Part shown: in pieces, positions 31,826-44,638 of the stretch
Layout of the letters: each line of letters begins with the position of its first letter
Position numbering within the stretch: the first letter of the stretch is position 1
Assembly (NCBI RefSeq): GCF_032062105.1
Contig: NW_026939565.1
Coordinates: 744,001-808,000, forward strand
Direction: 5' to 3'
Length of the DNA stretch: 64,000 nt
Source: Saccostrea cucullata
Taxonomy: Eukaryota
Translations under genes and position numbers: made by a program
The notes under the pieces: generated by a model
What the model saw: the letters and a program-made list of their open reading frames with translations, nothing else
Database searches by the model: none
What the model was told of the DNA's origin: nothing

Positions 31826-34800
31826 GCTTTGACCTTTCTGTTCTTTACCAGATTTCCTCCTTGTAATACATAATGCATCCCCACCCTACCCCACTGATCA
31901 TAATTTAGACATTTTGAAATCTACACTACCCAGGATCCTTCTACATAAGTTTCAGCTTTTCTGGCCCAGTGGTTTTTGAGAAGAAGATTTTCAAAGATTT
32001 TTCCTATATATTTCTATGTAAAACTTTGATTCCCCATTGTTACCCCGCCCTTCCCCCAGAGGTTATGATTTGAACAATTTAGAATCTATACTACCCCAGT
32101 ATGCTTCCACATAAGTTTCAGCTTTTCTGGCCCAGTGGTTCTTGAGAAGAAGATTTTCAAAGATTTTTTCCAATATATTTCTATGTAAAACTTTGATTCC
32201 CCATTGTAGCCCCCCCCCCTTCCCCCGGGGGGTCATGATTTGAACAATCTAGAATCTACACTACCCCAGAATGCTTCCACATAAGTTTCAGCTTTTCTGG
32301 CCCAGTGGTTCTTGAGAAGAAGATTTTCAAAGATTTTCCATATATATTTCTATGTAAAACTTTGATTCCCCGTTGTGGCCCCATCCTTCCCCCGGGGGTC
32401 ATGATTTGAACAATTTAGAATCTACACTACTCCAGGATGCTTCCACATAAGTTTCAGCTTTTCTGGCCCAGTGGTTCTTGAGAAGAAGATTTTCTAAGAT
32501 TTTTCCTATATATTTCTATGTAAACTTTGATTCCCCATTGTGCCCCCCCCCTTCCCCCAGAGGTCATGATTTGAACAATTAAAAATCTACATTACCCTAA
32601 GATGCTTCCACATAAGTTTCAGCTTTTCTGGCCCAGTGGTTCTTGAGAAGAAGATTTTCTAAGATTTTTCCTATATATTTCTATGTAAACTTTGATTCCC
32701 CATTGTGCCCCCCCCCCTTCCCCCAGTGGTCATGATTTGAACAATTTAGAATCTACATTACCCCAAGATGCTTCCACATGAGTTTCAGCTTTTCTGGCCC
32801 AGTGGTTCTTGAGAAGAAGATTTTCAAAGATTTTTCCTATATACATCTATGTAAAACTTTGATTCCCCATTGTGGCCCCGCCCTTCCCCCGGGGGTCATG
32901 ATTTGAACAATTTAGAATCTACACTACCCCAGAATGCTTCCACATAAGTTTCAGCTTTTCTGGCCCAGTAATTCTTGAGAAGAAAATTTTCAAAGATTTT
33001 TCCTATATATTTCTATGTAAAACTTTGATTCCCCATTGTTACCCCGCCCTTCCCCCAGAGGTCATGATTTGAACAATTTAGAATCTCTACTACCCCAGTA
33101 TGCTTCCACATAAGTTTCAGCTTTTCTGGCCCAGTGGTTCGTGAGAAGAAGATTTTCAAAGATTTTTTCCAATATATTTCTATGTAAAACTTTGATTCCC
33201 CATTGTAGCCCCCCTTTCCCCCGGGGGGTCATGATTTGAACAAATTAGAATCTACACTACCCCAGAATGCTTCCACATAAGTTTCAGCTTTTCTGGCCCA
33301 GTGGTTCTTGAGAAGAAGATTTTCAAAGATTTTCCATATATATTTCTATGTAAAACTTTGATTCCCCGTTGTGGCCCCATCCTTCCCCCGGGGGTCATGA
33401 TTTGAACAATTTAGAATCTACACTACTCCAGGATGCTTCCACATAAGTTTCAGCTTTTCTGGCCCAGTGGTTCTTGAGAAGAAGATTTTCTAAGATTTTT
33501 CCTATATATTTCTATGTAAACTTTGATTCCCCATTGTGCCCCCCACCCCCTTCCCCCAGAGGTCATGATTTGAACAATTTAAAATCTACATTACCCTAAG
33601 ATGCTTCCACATAAGTTTCAGCTTTTCTGGCCCAATGGTTCTTGAGAAGAAGATTTTCTAAGATTTTTCCTATATATTTCTATGTAAACTTTGATTCCCC
33701 ATTGTGCCCCCCCCCGTCCCCAAGAGGTCATGATTTGAACAATTTAAAATCTACATTACCCTAAGATGCTTCCACATAAGTTTCAGCTTTTCTGGCCCAG
33801 TGGTTCTTGAGAAGAAGATTTTCAAAGATTTTTCCTATATACATCTATGTAAAACTTTGATTCCCCGTTGTGGCCCCGCCCTACCCCCGGGAGTCATGAT
33901 TTGAACAATTTAGAATCTACACTACCCCAGAATGCTTCCACATAAGTTTCAGCTTTTCTGGCCCAGTAATTCTTGAGAAGAAAATTTTCAAAGATTTTTC
34001 CTATATATTTCTATGTAAAACTTTGATTCCCTATTGTTACCCCGCCCTTCCCCCAGAGGTCATGATTTGAACAATTTAGAATCTCTACTACCCCAGTATG
34101 CTTCCACATAAGTTTCAGCTTTTCTGGCCCAGTGGTTCGTGAGAAGAAGATTTTCAAAGATTTTTTCCAATATATTTCTATGTAAAACTTTGATTCCCCA
34201 TTGTAGCCCCCCCCTTCCCCCGGGGGGTCATGATTTGAACAATTTAGAATCTACACTACCCCAGAATGCTTCCACATAAGTTTCAGCTTTTCTGGCCCAG
34301 TGGTTCGTGAGAAGAAGATTTTCAAAGATTTTCCATATATATTTCTATGTAAAACTTTGATTCCCCGTTGTGGCCCCATCCTTCCCCCGGGGGGTCATGA
34401 TTTGAACAATTTAGAATCTACACTACTCCAGGATGCTTCCACATAAGTTTCAGCTTTTCTGGCCCAGTGGTTCTTGAGAAGAAGATTTTCTAAGATTTTT
34501 CTTATATATTTCTATGTAAACTTTGATTCCCCATTGTGCCCCCCCTTCCCCCAGAGGTCATGATTTGAACAATTTAAAATCTACATTACCCTAAGATGCT
34601 TCCACATAAGTTTCAGCTTTTCTGGCCCAATGGTTCTTGAGAAGAAGATTTTCAAAGATTTTTCCTATATACATGTACATCTATGTAAAACTTTGATTCC
34701 CCATTGTGGCCCCGCCCTTCCCCCGGGGGTCATGATTTGAACAATTTAGAATCTACACTACCCCTGAATGCTTCCACATAAGTTTCAGCTTTTCTGGCCC

Positions 34801-35113
34801 AGTAATTCTTGAGAAGAAAATTTTCAAAGATTTTTCCTATATATTTCTATGTAAAACTTTGATTCCCCATTGTGGCCCCGCCCTTCCCCCAGGGGGTCAT
34901 GATTTGAACAATTTAGAATCTACACTATACCAGGATGCTTCCATATAAGTTTCAGCTTTTCTGGCCCAGTGGTTATTGAGAAGAAGATTTTTTAATGACC
35001 CAACCCTATTTTTGTCATTTCTTGATTATCTCCCCTTGTAATGGGACTTGGCCCTTTATTTTAACAATTTAAATTTCCCTTCACCCAAGGATGCTTTGTA
35101 CCAAGTTTGGTCA

Positions 35114-35150
<37 letters not shown>

Positions 35151-35168
35151 GTGAAAAGTTTACAGACG

Positions 35169-35199
<31 letters not shown>

Positions 35200-35226
35200 A
35201 GAACGGACGGACGGACGGACAAAATG

Positions 35227-35272
<46 letters not shown>

Positions 35273-38200
35273 GTACATATTACAATGCCTCTCTATCCTT
35301 GCAGTTCACATTTGTAAATAGCACAAAACCAAATTATACAAATTTTACTTTCAACATCCTAATTTGAATTTATATCTCATTTTTAAAAATATCAATTCCA
35401 TTACTTTAATTTTAATAAATAAATCTTTATATTTGAGAGTCCATCAGACTCTGAAATCTTAAGAAGAAACATTTTACCATTGCCTGGATGGGGATCTGCA
35501 TGGACAAATCCGGACAGGAATATCTGATCTGCAAAGGCTCTACATAACTTTGTGTCAACCTAAATAAACATTGAAAATATTTAAAATAACAGAATTTTGC
35601 TTTGTATATTGTATAGGTTCATTCCTTATATTCCCTTCAGATTTAAAATTCAAATGAGGAATTTTAATCTACAATGAAGAATTTAAAAAAAATTTAAAAA
35701 ACAAGAGTCCCATGGGCCGCAATGCTCATCTTTCATAATTTCACATTTTCATAAATATATGTATGCATGTTACTCTGATCACCTTTTGTGCTCCCACTCT
35801 TCACCCTGGTACTAATGTTATCAACAATACATAGCCATGCTGTTCTTGGGAAAAAGATTTTTGAAAGATTTTTCCTTTCTTATGTGAAACATTGATGCCT
35901 AACTTATCCCAAACTAAAGGCCTGGCAAAATGCCACGATTTGAATTATTTTAAGTTTCACCTAGTCTGGCTGAGTAGTTGAGTACTAATAAACACACCCT
36001 ATTTTCAACCTTGTCTTGATTATCTCCCATTGGAAGGATACCTGGAACTTCATTTGAAAAAATTGGAAACTTTTTTCCCCAAGAATGATTTATGAAAACT
36101 TTGGCTAAATTTTAAAAAGTGGTCAAAATTTACAGGAGATGCTTGACAAATGATGATCAGAAAAGCTCACTAGAGATTTTAATTCAGGTGTCAGAGCTAC
36201 AACTTCAGTACCATAAACACAATGTAAAATTTGAAGTTACTTACATCATACAATGACAGTCCCATCTTCTTGATGGCTTCTTTATCACTTATCTTGTGTC
36301 CATCTATGAACTCTGCAGTTAGAACTCTCTGAAAGCCAAAACATTTACTCTGTCATTCTAAAATAATACTTATTTCCATCTCTTTAAGAAGCAGACTACT
36401 GCATACAGGGTATTTTCGCCCTTTTGCACTTGCGAACAGTTTTGCCCCATTTTAAATTCGCCCAATCATAGTTCTGCTTAAGAAATTATGCTGTGTAATT
36501 TCAATTTGCTCAGTCTTAAATTCACCCATTCAAGAAGAGGGCGAAAATAAAATGGGGGCGAAAATTTCCCTGTATACAGTATTTAATATGTGTATCAATT
36601 TGACTTTATAAAATCTATTTCAAGATTTTGTCAATCATTTCAAGGAAATTAAAATACAATGTACCATCATTACGATTGGATGCAAATATATCTACTTACT
36701 GTTGAAGTTTTGTCCCAGTGAACTTTTGGTACATAAACATACTTTAAATGTCTTAGATCATGTTGACACCTCTCTGAATTTTTTCCTTCATTTACAAAGT
36801 CTAATTCTTGTTCTAATGTGTCCTTTAGATCCTATGGAATAAAATAACAATTCTTTATCAATTTGAAATAACTTTAGAATAACTAAAAATAAATGTGATA
36901 TTTTCTTTCTGTTTCTTTTGCAATACATAATGATATCAAAGAAACCTGTAAAGCCCAGGCGAAGGCAAACTTTGGATGCATCCATCCTATTAACTTCAGT
37001 ATAATCTCACATGTCCGAACATCTCCGGCAAACCTGTCCTGTAAGTCTATGTACTGCACCTGTTTTCGTACAAAAAAATGAAATCTGATGCTTCTTGTCA
37101 TACAAATGATCTCTCCATAATTTAATCTTCTTTAAAGTAAGATGAAGCGCTTTGTCTCTGAATTAACAAGAAGTAGTAAAATAGCAAAAATAAAGACCAT
37201 TTCTGCTTTACAGAGACTCTTAAAGAAACAGACAAAGTAAACTTTCTTCCTTCAAAGATAAAGATTTATTATGCAGCACTGTTAAGGCCTACTATGAGAA
37301 ATCAAAGGAAAATAGACATGGAAAAAAGGGGGATTTTTTTAAAATTGAATTTATTTTAATTAAGTTCTTTTATTATCACAGAACTTTAATACTTATGGAA
37401 ATAGCATAGTATAACCCACTCTGTACTGTATGAAGTTTAGTCCCATTGATGGACAGTCACTTGATGAATGCATAGTTCGTGTACTGAATGTAGGTCATTA
37501 ACAAATTTCAATATCGCAAGGGCATACCCTAGTTGAAATTAAATAAACAAGCTATTAATTGTTTCTGCATACTTTGTAGTTTCTGAAAAGTGCTGCTGCT
37601 TTGAATAGAATTTGCGTTTTAATAGTTAAATTTTAAAGTAAATTGGCCAATGTCAAAATATGTTTGACTTTTACCAAATATTTTGTGTACTTATAAAATC
37701 ACGCCCTCGATTTACAGAAAGCAGCAGTACTTTTCAAGTTAAGGAAAATATCCTTTATCTTTATTCAAAAAATGGTTCAGATCTATGCAGTGTATGCCCT
37801 TGCAAAAGTACGATTTTATGAGGCATCTTGATGTAAAATAAACGTAACCTGTACATAAAAACTCGACATAATTAATAAAATACATTCTCTTGGTAGTTAA
37901 TTAATAATCGCACTAAGTAAAGGATATAATTTGGTATTAATCGAGTATTTAAAACCCGTAAATAATATTCCATTTAATAATAAAACGCATTTTTCATTGT
38001 TAAAAAATTCCTAAATCTGCCTCTCACAACACATGAAATACGTCATTTTTACCCATATGACGTCATGTTTACAAGTTCATCGCGATCAGTGTTTGTTTAT
38101 TACCAACTACATGGAATTTAACTAGCAACTTTGTTTAATGCATTGATAAGTTATATTGTTGTTTATTATGCTAAAACACTTAAAAGTTGCAAATTATTTC

Positions 38201-40095
38201 ATTTTAAGGTAATATGAGAAATACATAAAAGTCATATTTCTATGTGATGTCACAGTAAACTTTTCCCGTATAAATTAGGCCCCGCCCCCTTTTTCAAGCC
38301 TTAACAATGCTGCGTAACAGAGAAATATATCCCAACATAATTCTACTTGAAAAAAAATCCTATATACCCGTATGTAAAATAAATGATACATTGATGTTCC
38401 TCTTGAGTTTGATATGGTCATTTTTTTTACTTATTGGGTATTTTTATGTGCATTTTTTATATCAATGTCCTATTTACAAACCTTGACTGCCACTTTCTGT
38501 CCGTCATGAGTTTCAGCTTTATGGACCTGAGCTAAACTGGCTGCTGCTATCGGCTCCTCCTCAAAATTCTTGAACATTTCCTGAGGTGTTTTTCCAAAAT
38601 CCTCAGTAAAGAGCTGTTCTATCTGAAAACATGGATCGGGAAATATAGAATGTGATGTGAATGATTCAACATTTTGTTAAAGACAAGAAAATTTCTTTTA
38701 AATCATATACCAGTAGATTTTTTTTTCTGCCTGGCGACAAATTTAGTTTTAAAACAAGCTGAGTATTATTTGTACAGTAAAACAGAGGGATGACAATTTT
38801 GCTTTGTTATAAACGTAATAGTCGTTAAGTTCATAGTACTATTCAGAACCAGGAGGAATGAAAATCACTTTGCTGTATATTGTAAATTCATTAAAAGCAC
38901 GTTTGTTATTAGCATGTTTTACTGTAGTTATGGTAAATCTGACACATCTACAGAAATAAAATTTATTCCAATTATTATACTAAATAACTGAACTATGAAT
39001 ACAAAATTGTTTGGTGTTTTTTTGTGATGCTGACATACATGTAGTAGCCTGCATGGTGCAATAGTTAGATAGAGGTCTTGGAAAAGATCATACAAATGGG
39101 GTCATGTACAGCAGTAGATGAGGTCACAAGTGCCAAGTACAAACCTAATTTGCATTGTTTCATCAGAAATGATGGGACACCAGGCAAACATGAGTAAATT
39201 AATCTCATAGGGACATAAATCAAGCAACAAACCAACCACCCAACTTAGCAAAGTAGTTTTCCCACCAGTGTGATTGGTCAGATAAATATATAAACAAACT
39301 TTACAGTACTTACATCATGGGCTCTCTTGGGAAGAGCTTTATCTTGAAGAACTACTAGTGTTTCTAAGTATTCCCTGGGCAATATGTGATTCATTGATAC
39401 AAGGCCTTGTCCCAGCTTTACATACAGCCCTCCATTAGCTAAACAACCTGCCAATAAACGTTCAGCTGCCCTTTTATGACATGGACCTAAAGCTTCATTA
39501 TATTCATCTGAGTCTTCTTTTAATCCCCGTAAGTTGTACTTGTAATCCAAAGAAATTATTGTTCCTATTGAAAGAGATCTGAAAGGTACAAAGAAAACAT
39601 TTAAACTAAATTATTTTTACTTAGAATATGAATCTTTCTTTTACTGGATATGGGTTTTTTCATACTTCATATTCTAGGCTACTTTCTACTTTGAAAAAAA
39701 AAACTTCAAAAATTGGTTTCAAACAGAAAGATCTAATACTTCTTCTAATCAGAATAGATGTTCTTTGAACTTTACCTACCAATTTAACTAAAGCATTGCA
39801 TATAGAAGAAATGTTTTTACCTAAAAAATCTTTTTATTCCACCAAAAAGCACTCTGACTTTCCGTTTTTGGGGTTCTTCTGCTATGGCATACAGTACACC
39901 AGAAGACAATGTTACAGCAACAAGTCCATATTTCAGACCGCTCCTTATGCGCTTCCATCCACTGACTTTAGCAGTGCCAGTCTTCTGTCTCAATACTGTT
40001 GATGTGTGAAATTCATTTTGGAATAACTGAGTCTGTCTTGAGAAACTCCTCAGTGACTGACAGCAGAGACAGGATCTTGATAACAACTTCTCCAT
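28435..40095 (-). CDS. ADCK5: aarF-domain/UbiB-family atypical kinase ADCK5, 577 aa (exon 9b) or 588 aa (exon 9a)
   Basis: Coding exons 40095-39821, 39578-39314, 38622-38482, 37059-36946, 36831-36700, 36328-36245, 35559-35478, 31540-31370, 9a 30583-30373 or 9b 29947-29770, 29269-29195, 28651-28435; all phase-compatible. Motifs [34 protein letters not shown] and MPRP..LIIRNMNTIR; basic N-terminus resembling a mitochondrial presequence. The final AG|GTAGGC could be a donor to an unseen last exon. Probable UTR exon donor at ~40729. Confidence 0.9.
28802..29159. mobile_element. Two adjacent pogo/Tigger-like MITEs
   Basis: tacagcaaaacatgct..agcatgttttactgta (28802-28978) and tacagtcaaactt..aagttctactgta (~28987-29159); a related decayed copy lies at ~38773-38927. 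Confidence 0.6.
29770..29947 (-). CDS. ADCK5: ADCK5 alternative exon 9b (canonical-like)
   Basis: 178 nt: [13 protein letters not shown]...[21 protein letters not shown]; same phases as 9a. Confidence 0.9.
30373..30583 (-). CDS. ADCK5: ADCK5 alternative exon 9a (divergent paralogous exon)
   Basis: 211 nt and open: [11 protein letters not shown]...[20 protein letters not shown]. Branch-like TACTAAT, U-rich tract, AAG acceptor, AG|gtaaat donor; phase 1 in, phase 2 out. Confidence 0.8.
31789..35272. mobile_element. HINE-like element carrying ~19 monomers of a ~166-bp satellite (Cg170/HindIII-like) in an ADCK5 intron
   Basis: Ends aacaagaggcccatgggcc..gctcacctgag and (GACG/GACA)n..agctcacttgagcc..ggctcaggtgagctaaaa; gcttttctggccca recurs every ~166-167 bp from ~31955 to ~34955. 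Confidence 0.9.
35701..36198. mobile_element. Short degenerate relative of the adjacent HINE element
   Basis: acaagagtcccatgggcc..gctca start, cagaaaagctcac..tcaggtg end, and one to two decayed monomers. Confidence 0.65.
36399..36579. mobile_element. MITE (copy 2 of the 14187-14393 family), TA-flanked
   Basis: ta|ctgcatacagggtattttcgccc ... gggcgaaaatttccctgtatacag|ta. Confidence 0.75.
37269..38317. mobile_element. ~1-kb non-coding element with 20-bp TIRs
   Basis: ttatgcagcactgttaaggc / gccttaacaatgctgcgtaa; no ORF and no clear TSD. Confidence 0.55.
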
Positions 40096-41844
40096 TTAGA
40101 GCCACTGCTTTCTGAAAATAAGGTACATGTATTAAAACGAGTGTAATAGGAACTTCGGTTCATTTCAAAGGAGAGGAGAAAATTTTTGATAGTCCATAGT
40201 ACATACATGAATTGTAAAAAACTTGCGACTTTTTGTTTATTTCTTGCAAAAACGTTTTTGTGAAAAACTGCATATAAATAGCTTTATAAGCTATTTTGAA
40301 TAGCTTAATAAAACTATTATTAAAGCTACATATTTAATCAAGAGGTTGTGCTGGACCTGTTCAAACCTTCACCCCCTGAATCAGGTGTTCTGCGTGAGAA
40401 CAACGTATTATAACGCAACAGATTGTTAAAATTTGAAATATGATTAACATTTTCAAGCATGTAGCAGTTGTTTATATATGTACCTTTTAACCAACAGATA
40501 TTACTCCATGCTACTACTACGACAGGGGTTCGCAATTATGCAACATTTTAGTCTTTGATCAGAGCTGACATAACTTTCAGTTTTACTCGTAAGTTCCTAA
40601 CGAACGCGTAAGTAAATATTCTATAGACATTTAACTTTTTACTCAAGGAAATACTTCATTATCACAATCAGTGCCTAATCCGATTGAGTCTAAATCTGAT
40701 GCAATTAACAAAAAAATTTCATTACTTACACTTCGACATTGGCAGACAGCTTTGCATAACTTATACTTTTTAAACCTTCACAAACTGGAGAGTTTTATAA
40801 TCTCCCAGAGTCGTCGTTCTTGTTACATGACATACTAGCGTTTTTCAAAAACCTTTTTATTACGTTGCATGATCATGTGATGATTACTCCGTTTGTAACA
40901 TTACATATTTTTCTTAGATTGTATAATGGTATTTACTGTATTTACTTTGAAAATATCCAAGTACTATATCCGTTAGGTTTTAATGTTTTCTCAGGTACGT
41001 AACATGTAGTATCAGGAGGTACATATGATTTTAATATGCTGTATATATAATTTAATATAATGGATTTTAATATCAAGAGAAAGACCAGGGACCTATACCA
41101 GTGTATACACTAAAACAATAGCGTACATACATGGAAAGACACACACTTTTAGGGGGGAGAACCCCCCCCCACCGAAATTTTTTTTTGCAAATATATAGAT
41201 AATATATAGGCATTGAAAATTGGGTTTTACCTTTTTCCGACGCCTATGAAGTATACCTGGAAAGACACACTCCTTTATTGGAGCAATCCCAAATGTTATG
41301 TGGCATAAAAAAAAAATGACCCCGCAAAGGGACATTTTGGAAAAATCTTGAAAAAAAAAGAAAAACATTTTTAGAAATCTTATTGCTCAATTTTTTTTCC
41401 GGCAGCCTTTTCAATTTGACCTATCGGTACTTTAATTGAAAATTAGACATTACTTTGAATTGGCCATGACTTTTAAATCAATAAATGAGAAGAGATCAGA
41501 TAGGGCTTTCATATTGAATATGTGTATTATCTGTGACAAGACCTTTCAGTATTTCATTACCTTCTAAAAGATGTGCATGAACACGGGTAAGAAAAAAACC
41601 ATACACTGAATTTATTGTTATAGACTACAAGTGATTGAACTCCTATGTTTCAGTTTTGCACTCTCTCTCTCTCCTTCCCTCCTCCCCCCCCCTCTTTCTC
41701 AAAAACTGTGTTATAACACCCATTCAGCTGTCTGTCCAACCCAAAAGCTTTAACCTTCAATGGTCATGATTTCAGTTAACCTTGACCTTGTGATCTTGAC
41801 CTTGAAGTTTTTGATATGCTTTTTAAAAAGCTTTGATACAAATG

Positions 41845-42600
41845 AAAACAAGATGTGTTTGTGAAACACTGATGCCCCCGTTTGACAAATTATGGCGAGG
41901 GTTGAATTTTCTCAAATGCACGTCAAACTCCAAAGGTCAATGTCAGAAGGTCAAAGGTGTTAGTACCAAAAGGAATACTTGTTACAAGGAATACATCTGT
42001 GACATATGAAAGCATAGTACCAACGGTTCAAAAGTAATGACCAAGGTTAAAGTTTTGAAAAAGTGTGTCAAACACTAAGGTCTAGGTCAAAAATATTTTA
42101 ATTTATACCCACTGTAAGGTCTTATCACAATGAATGCAATGTGAGGTATGAAAACCATAGTTCCAACTGTTCAAAGGGTATGGTCAAGGTTTAAGTGTGA
42201 TGTTTTATGCCTCCGTGTCGAAGTTTCAGGTGTGTCTTTCTCTTCATCTGTCTGTCTGTTTGTCCGCAAAAACTTTAAACCTTACTCATAACTTTTGAGT
42301 GAGTGGTGCTTTGCTTTCATATTTCACACGTGTTTTCCTTGTGAAAAGACCTTTCTTTGGGTAACACAAAATTTGACCTTGACCGTGGAATTTGACCTAT
42401 TTTTACAAAAAATACCACATTTTCACCTTGGCACAAACTTTTGAACAGTTGTAGCTAGGGCTTTTATACTTCACATTATATTCATTGTGACATGGCTTTT
42501 TAGTGGGTATGAATATTTTTGACCTTGACATTATAATTAGAGTTTGGCCCATGCACTTTTTAAAACTTTAACCTTGTCCATAACTTTTGAACAGTTAGAA
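41845..42600. mobile_element. Decayed HINE-like repeat fragments in both orientations
   Basis: aaacaagatgtgtttgtgaaacac..gcccc start; aaggtcaa/tgaccttg-rich units; ctgtctgt microsatellite. Confidence 0.5.
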
Positions 42601-44638
42601 GAAGGATATGGAGATAAAACAGTATTCAATCTCAAATTCCATAAAACAATACAAAATAGGAGCAGAGCAAACACGGATATCCGAAACATCATTCAGATGT
42701 GTGCCTTGGAAACAAGACCGGTCACACGTACCGCCGTGTCTCCCGTCATGATCAGGAAATAACGGAAAAATCCGTCGTCAATTCATGGTATTAATAATGG
42801 ACATCCAGTATATGAAATGATAAATTGTATTTGCTGACAGTATCATGTATATAGAACTTAGAAATGATGTCTTTCACACTTGTTTCATCAACTTGCTTGG
42901 AAAAAAATTAGTGATTTTTTATACTTCACAGATATATATGGCCTCTCCCGTTATGAAAATTAACGTTGGTGGTTTACTACACGTATATAGACAGTGATTT
43001 CACACATTTTTCTGGAAAAAAATTAGTGATTTATAAGTAGATATATTTCGAGAATTGGGTTTATCCACAGATTCTTCCTGGAAGACGATATATTTCTATT
43101 TTTTGCCCCCCCCCCCCGAAAAAAATTATTATATCACTATTTGTTATTGGAATACACAAACTGTCAACATTTTTTCTCATTTGAGATATATAAGCGACTA
43201 TTATCGCACTACTTATTGGTTGTAGTTCATAAGGAAATGAGTTGAGGTATCACTTTGATCTAACTAATAAAAAAAAATATTGGGTTTTAAAAAAATACAA
43301 GGTACCTTACCTCAAAAAATTACCATTACATGTTTTGCATGAGTTACAGGGGTTTTAAAGAGATATCAAAGGAAAAATTTTGCATTATCAAAGAAAAATT
43401 GTCATAAATTGTTTGTGTAAATCCATATATATTAAAAGCACTGCACACAGGTTAATGAATGAAGAACCCATTTAAGGAACGTTACGTATGACCTTAAAAA
43501 ATTAAGTCGGTTTAAAAGGGATTTGCATAGACATCGTAAGAAATCATTATCTTGTGTGTATTGTGTAAATAAAGGTTCAGGTTATGAATACAACATGTGT
43601 TATTATATAAACTGTATTCATACATTGGTCGTAACAGTTTCAACGTAACTCCAAAGCTGTAATTAATAGCCCTTCAAGTTGAGAGGATCGAACTACTAGT
43701 GTAGGACTAACCCATAAAATATACAATTTATGTGCAGTCATTTTAGCATATTTCATTTTCCGTGTTACAATGTCTGGATGAATTTTTGCTAAATAAACGG
43801 TTAGACAACTGGATTTCAACCACTCACTAGATCGACAGATCAACAAAACCGCAGCATATTAAAGGTAAAGCATTGTATTATATTAATTTTCAGTCTAAAT
43901 TTTAAAATATTACATGACAAATAATTTGTCATGAAATCAATTTCGACTTTAGGTTGAAAATTAATAAAAGACCGCATTATTTGATGTAAAATCAATGATA
44001 TTTTACATGTAAAGCAAAACTAAATCTTTGTCATTTCTTCTTGGGTTTGAAGGTTTAATTTGAGAAATTTTAAAACGTGTATGATTTGAGAAATTTAAAT
44101 TTGTATAATTTCACATCAGAATATAAAATGAATTCCATTAAATAAAAACAAATTTAATAAAAAAAAAAACAAATAAATAAACAACTGAACAAATTAATTT
44201 ATCAATTAATTAATAAAATCAAATAAATAATAAGCAAAATCTGCGAAAAAAAAGTATATGAAGAAATTTTTACAAGAATAGATAATATCAATTTTGCTTG
44301 TAATACTTTTTTACATTCCAAAGATAACTATATTCATTTCCTCACATTAAAAAAAAAAAAGAAAGAAAATCACTATAATTTTCTCCAGATACCAGTCTGA
44401 TATTTTCTCTTTTTAATGATAGAATATTCATATAATCATCCTTACAAAGGACAAGAAACAGAAAACCTTCAATGACATATTTATGGCAAAAATCTGCAAT
44501 AAAAAAACAACAACAACAAATATTGATGAAGACTACGTAGAGGGCAAACTTGTTTCAATAGAAATAACCTGTAGGAAAGTTCCAGGTATAATATCAAATC
44601 CTGACTTTCCATGTTCTTGTATTTTCTAGGGAGACGTA

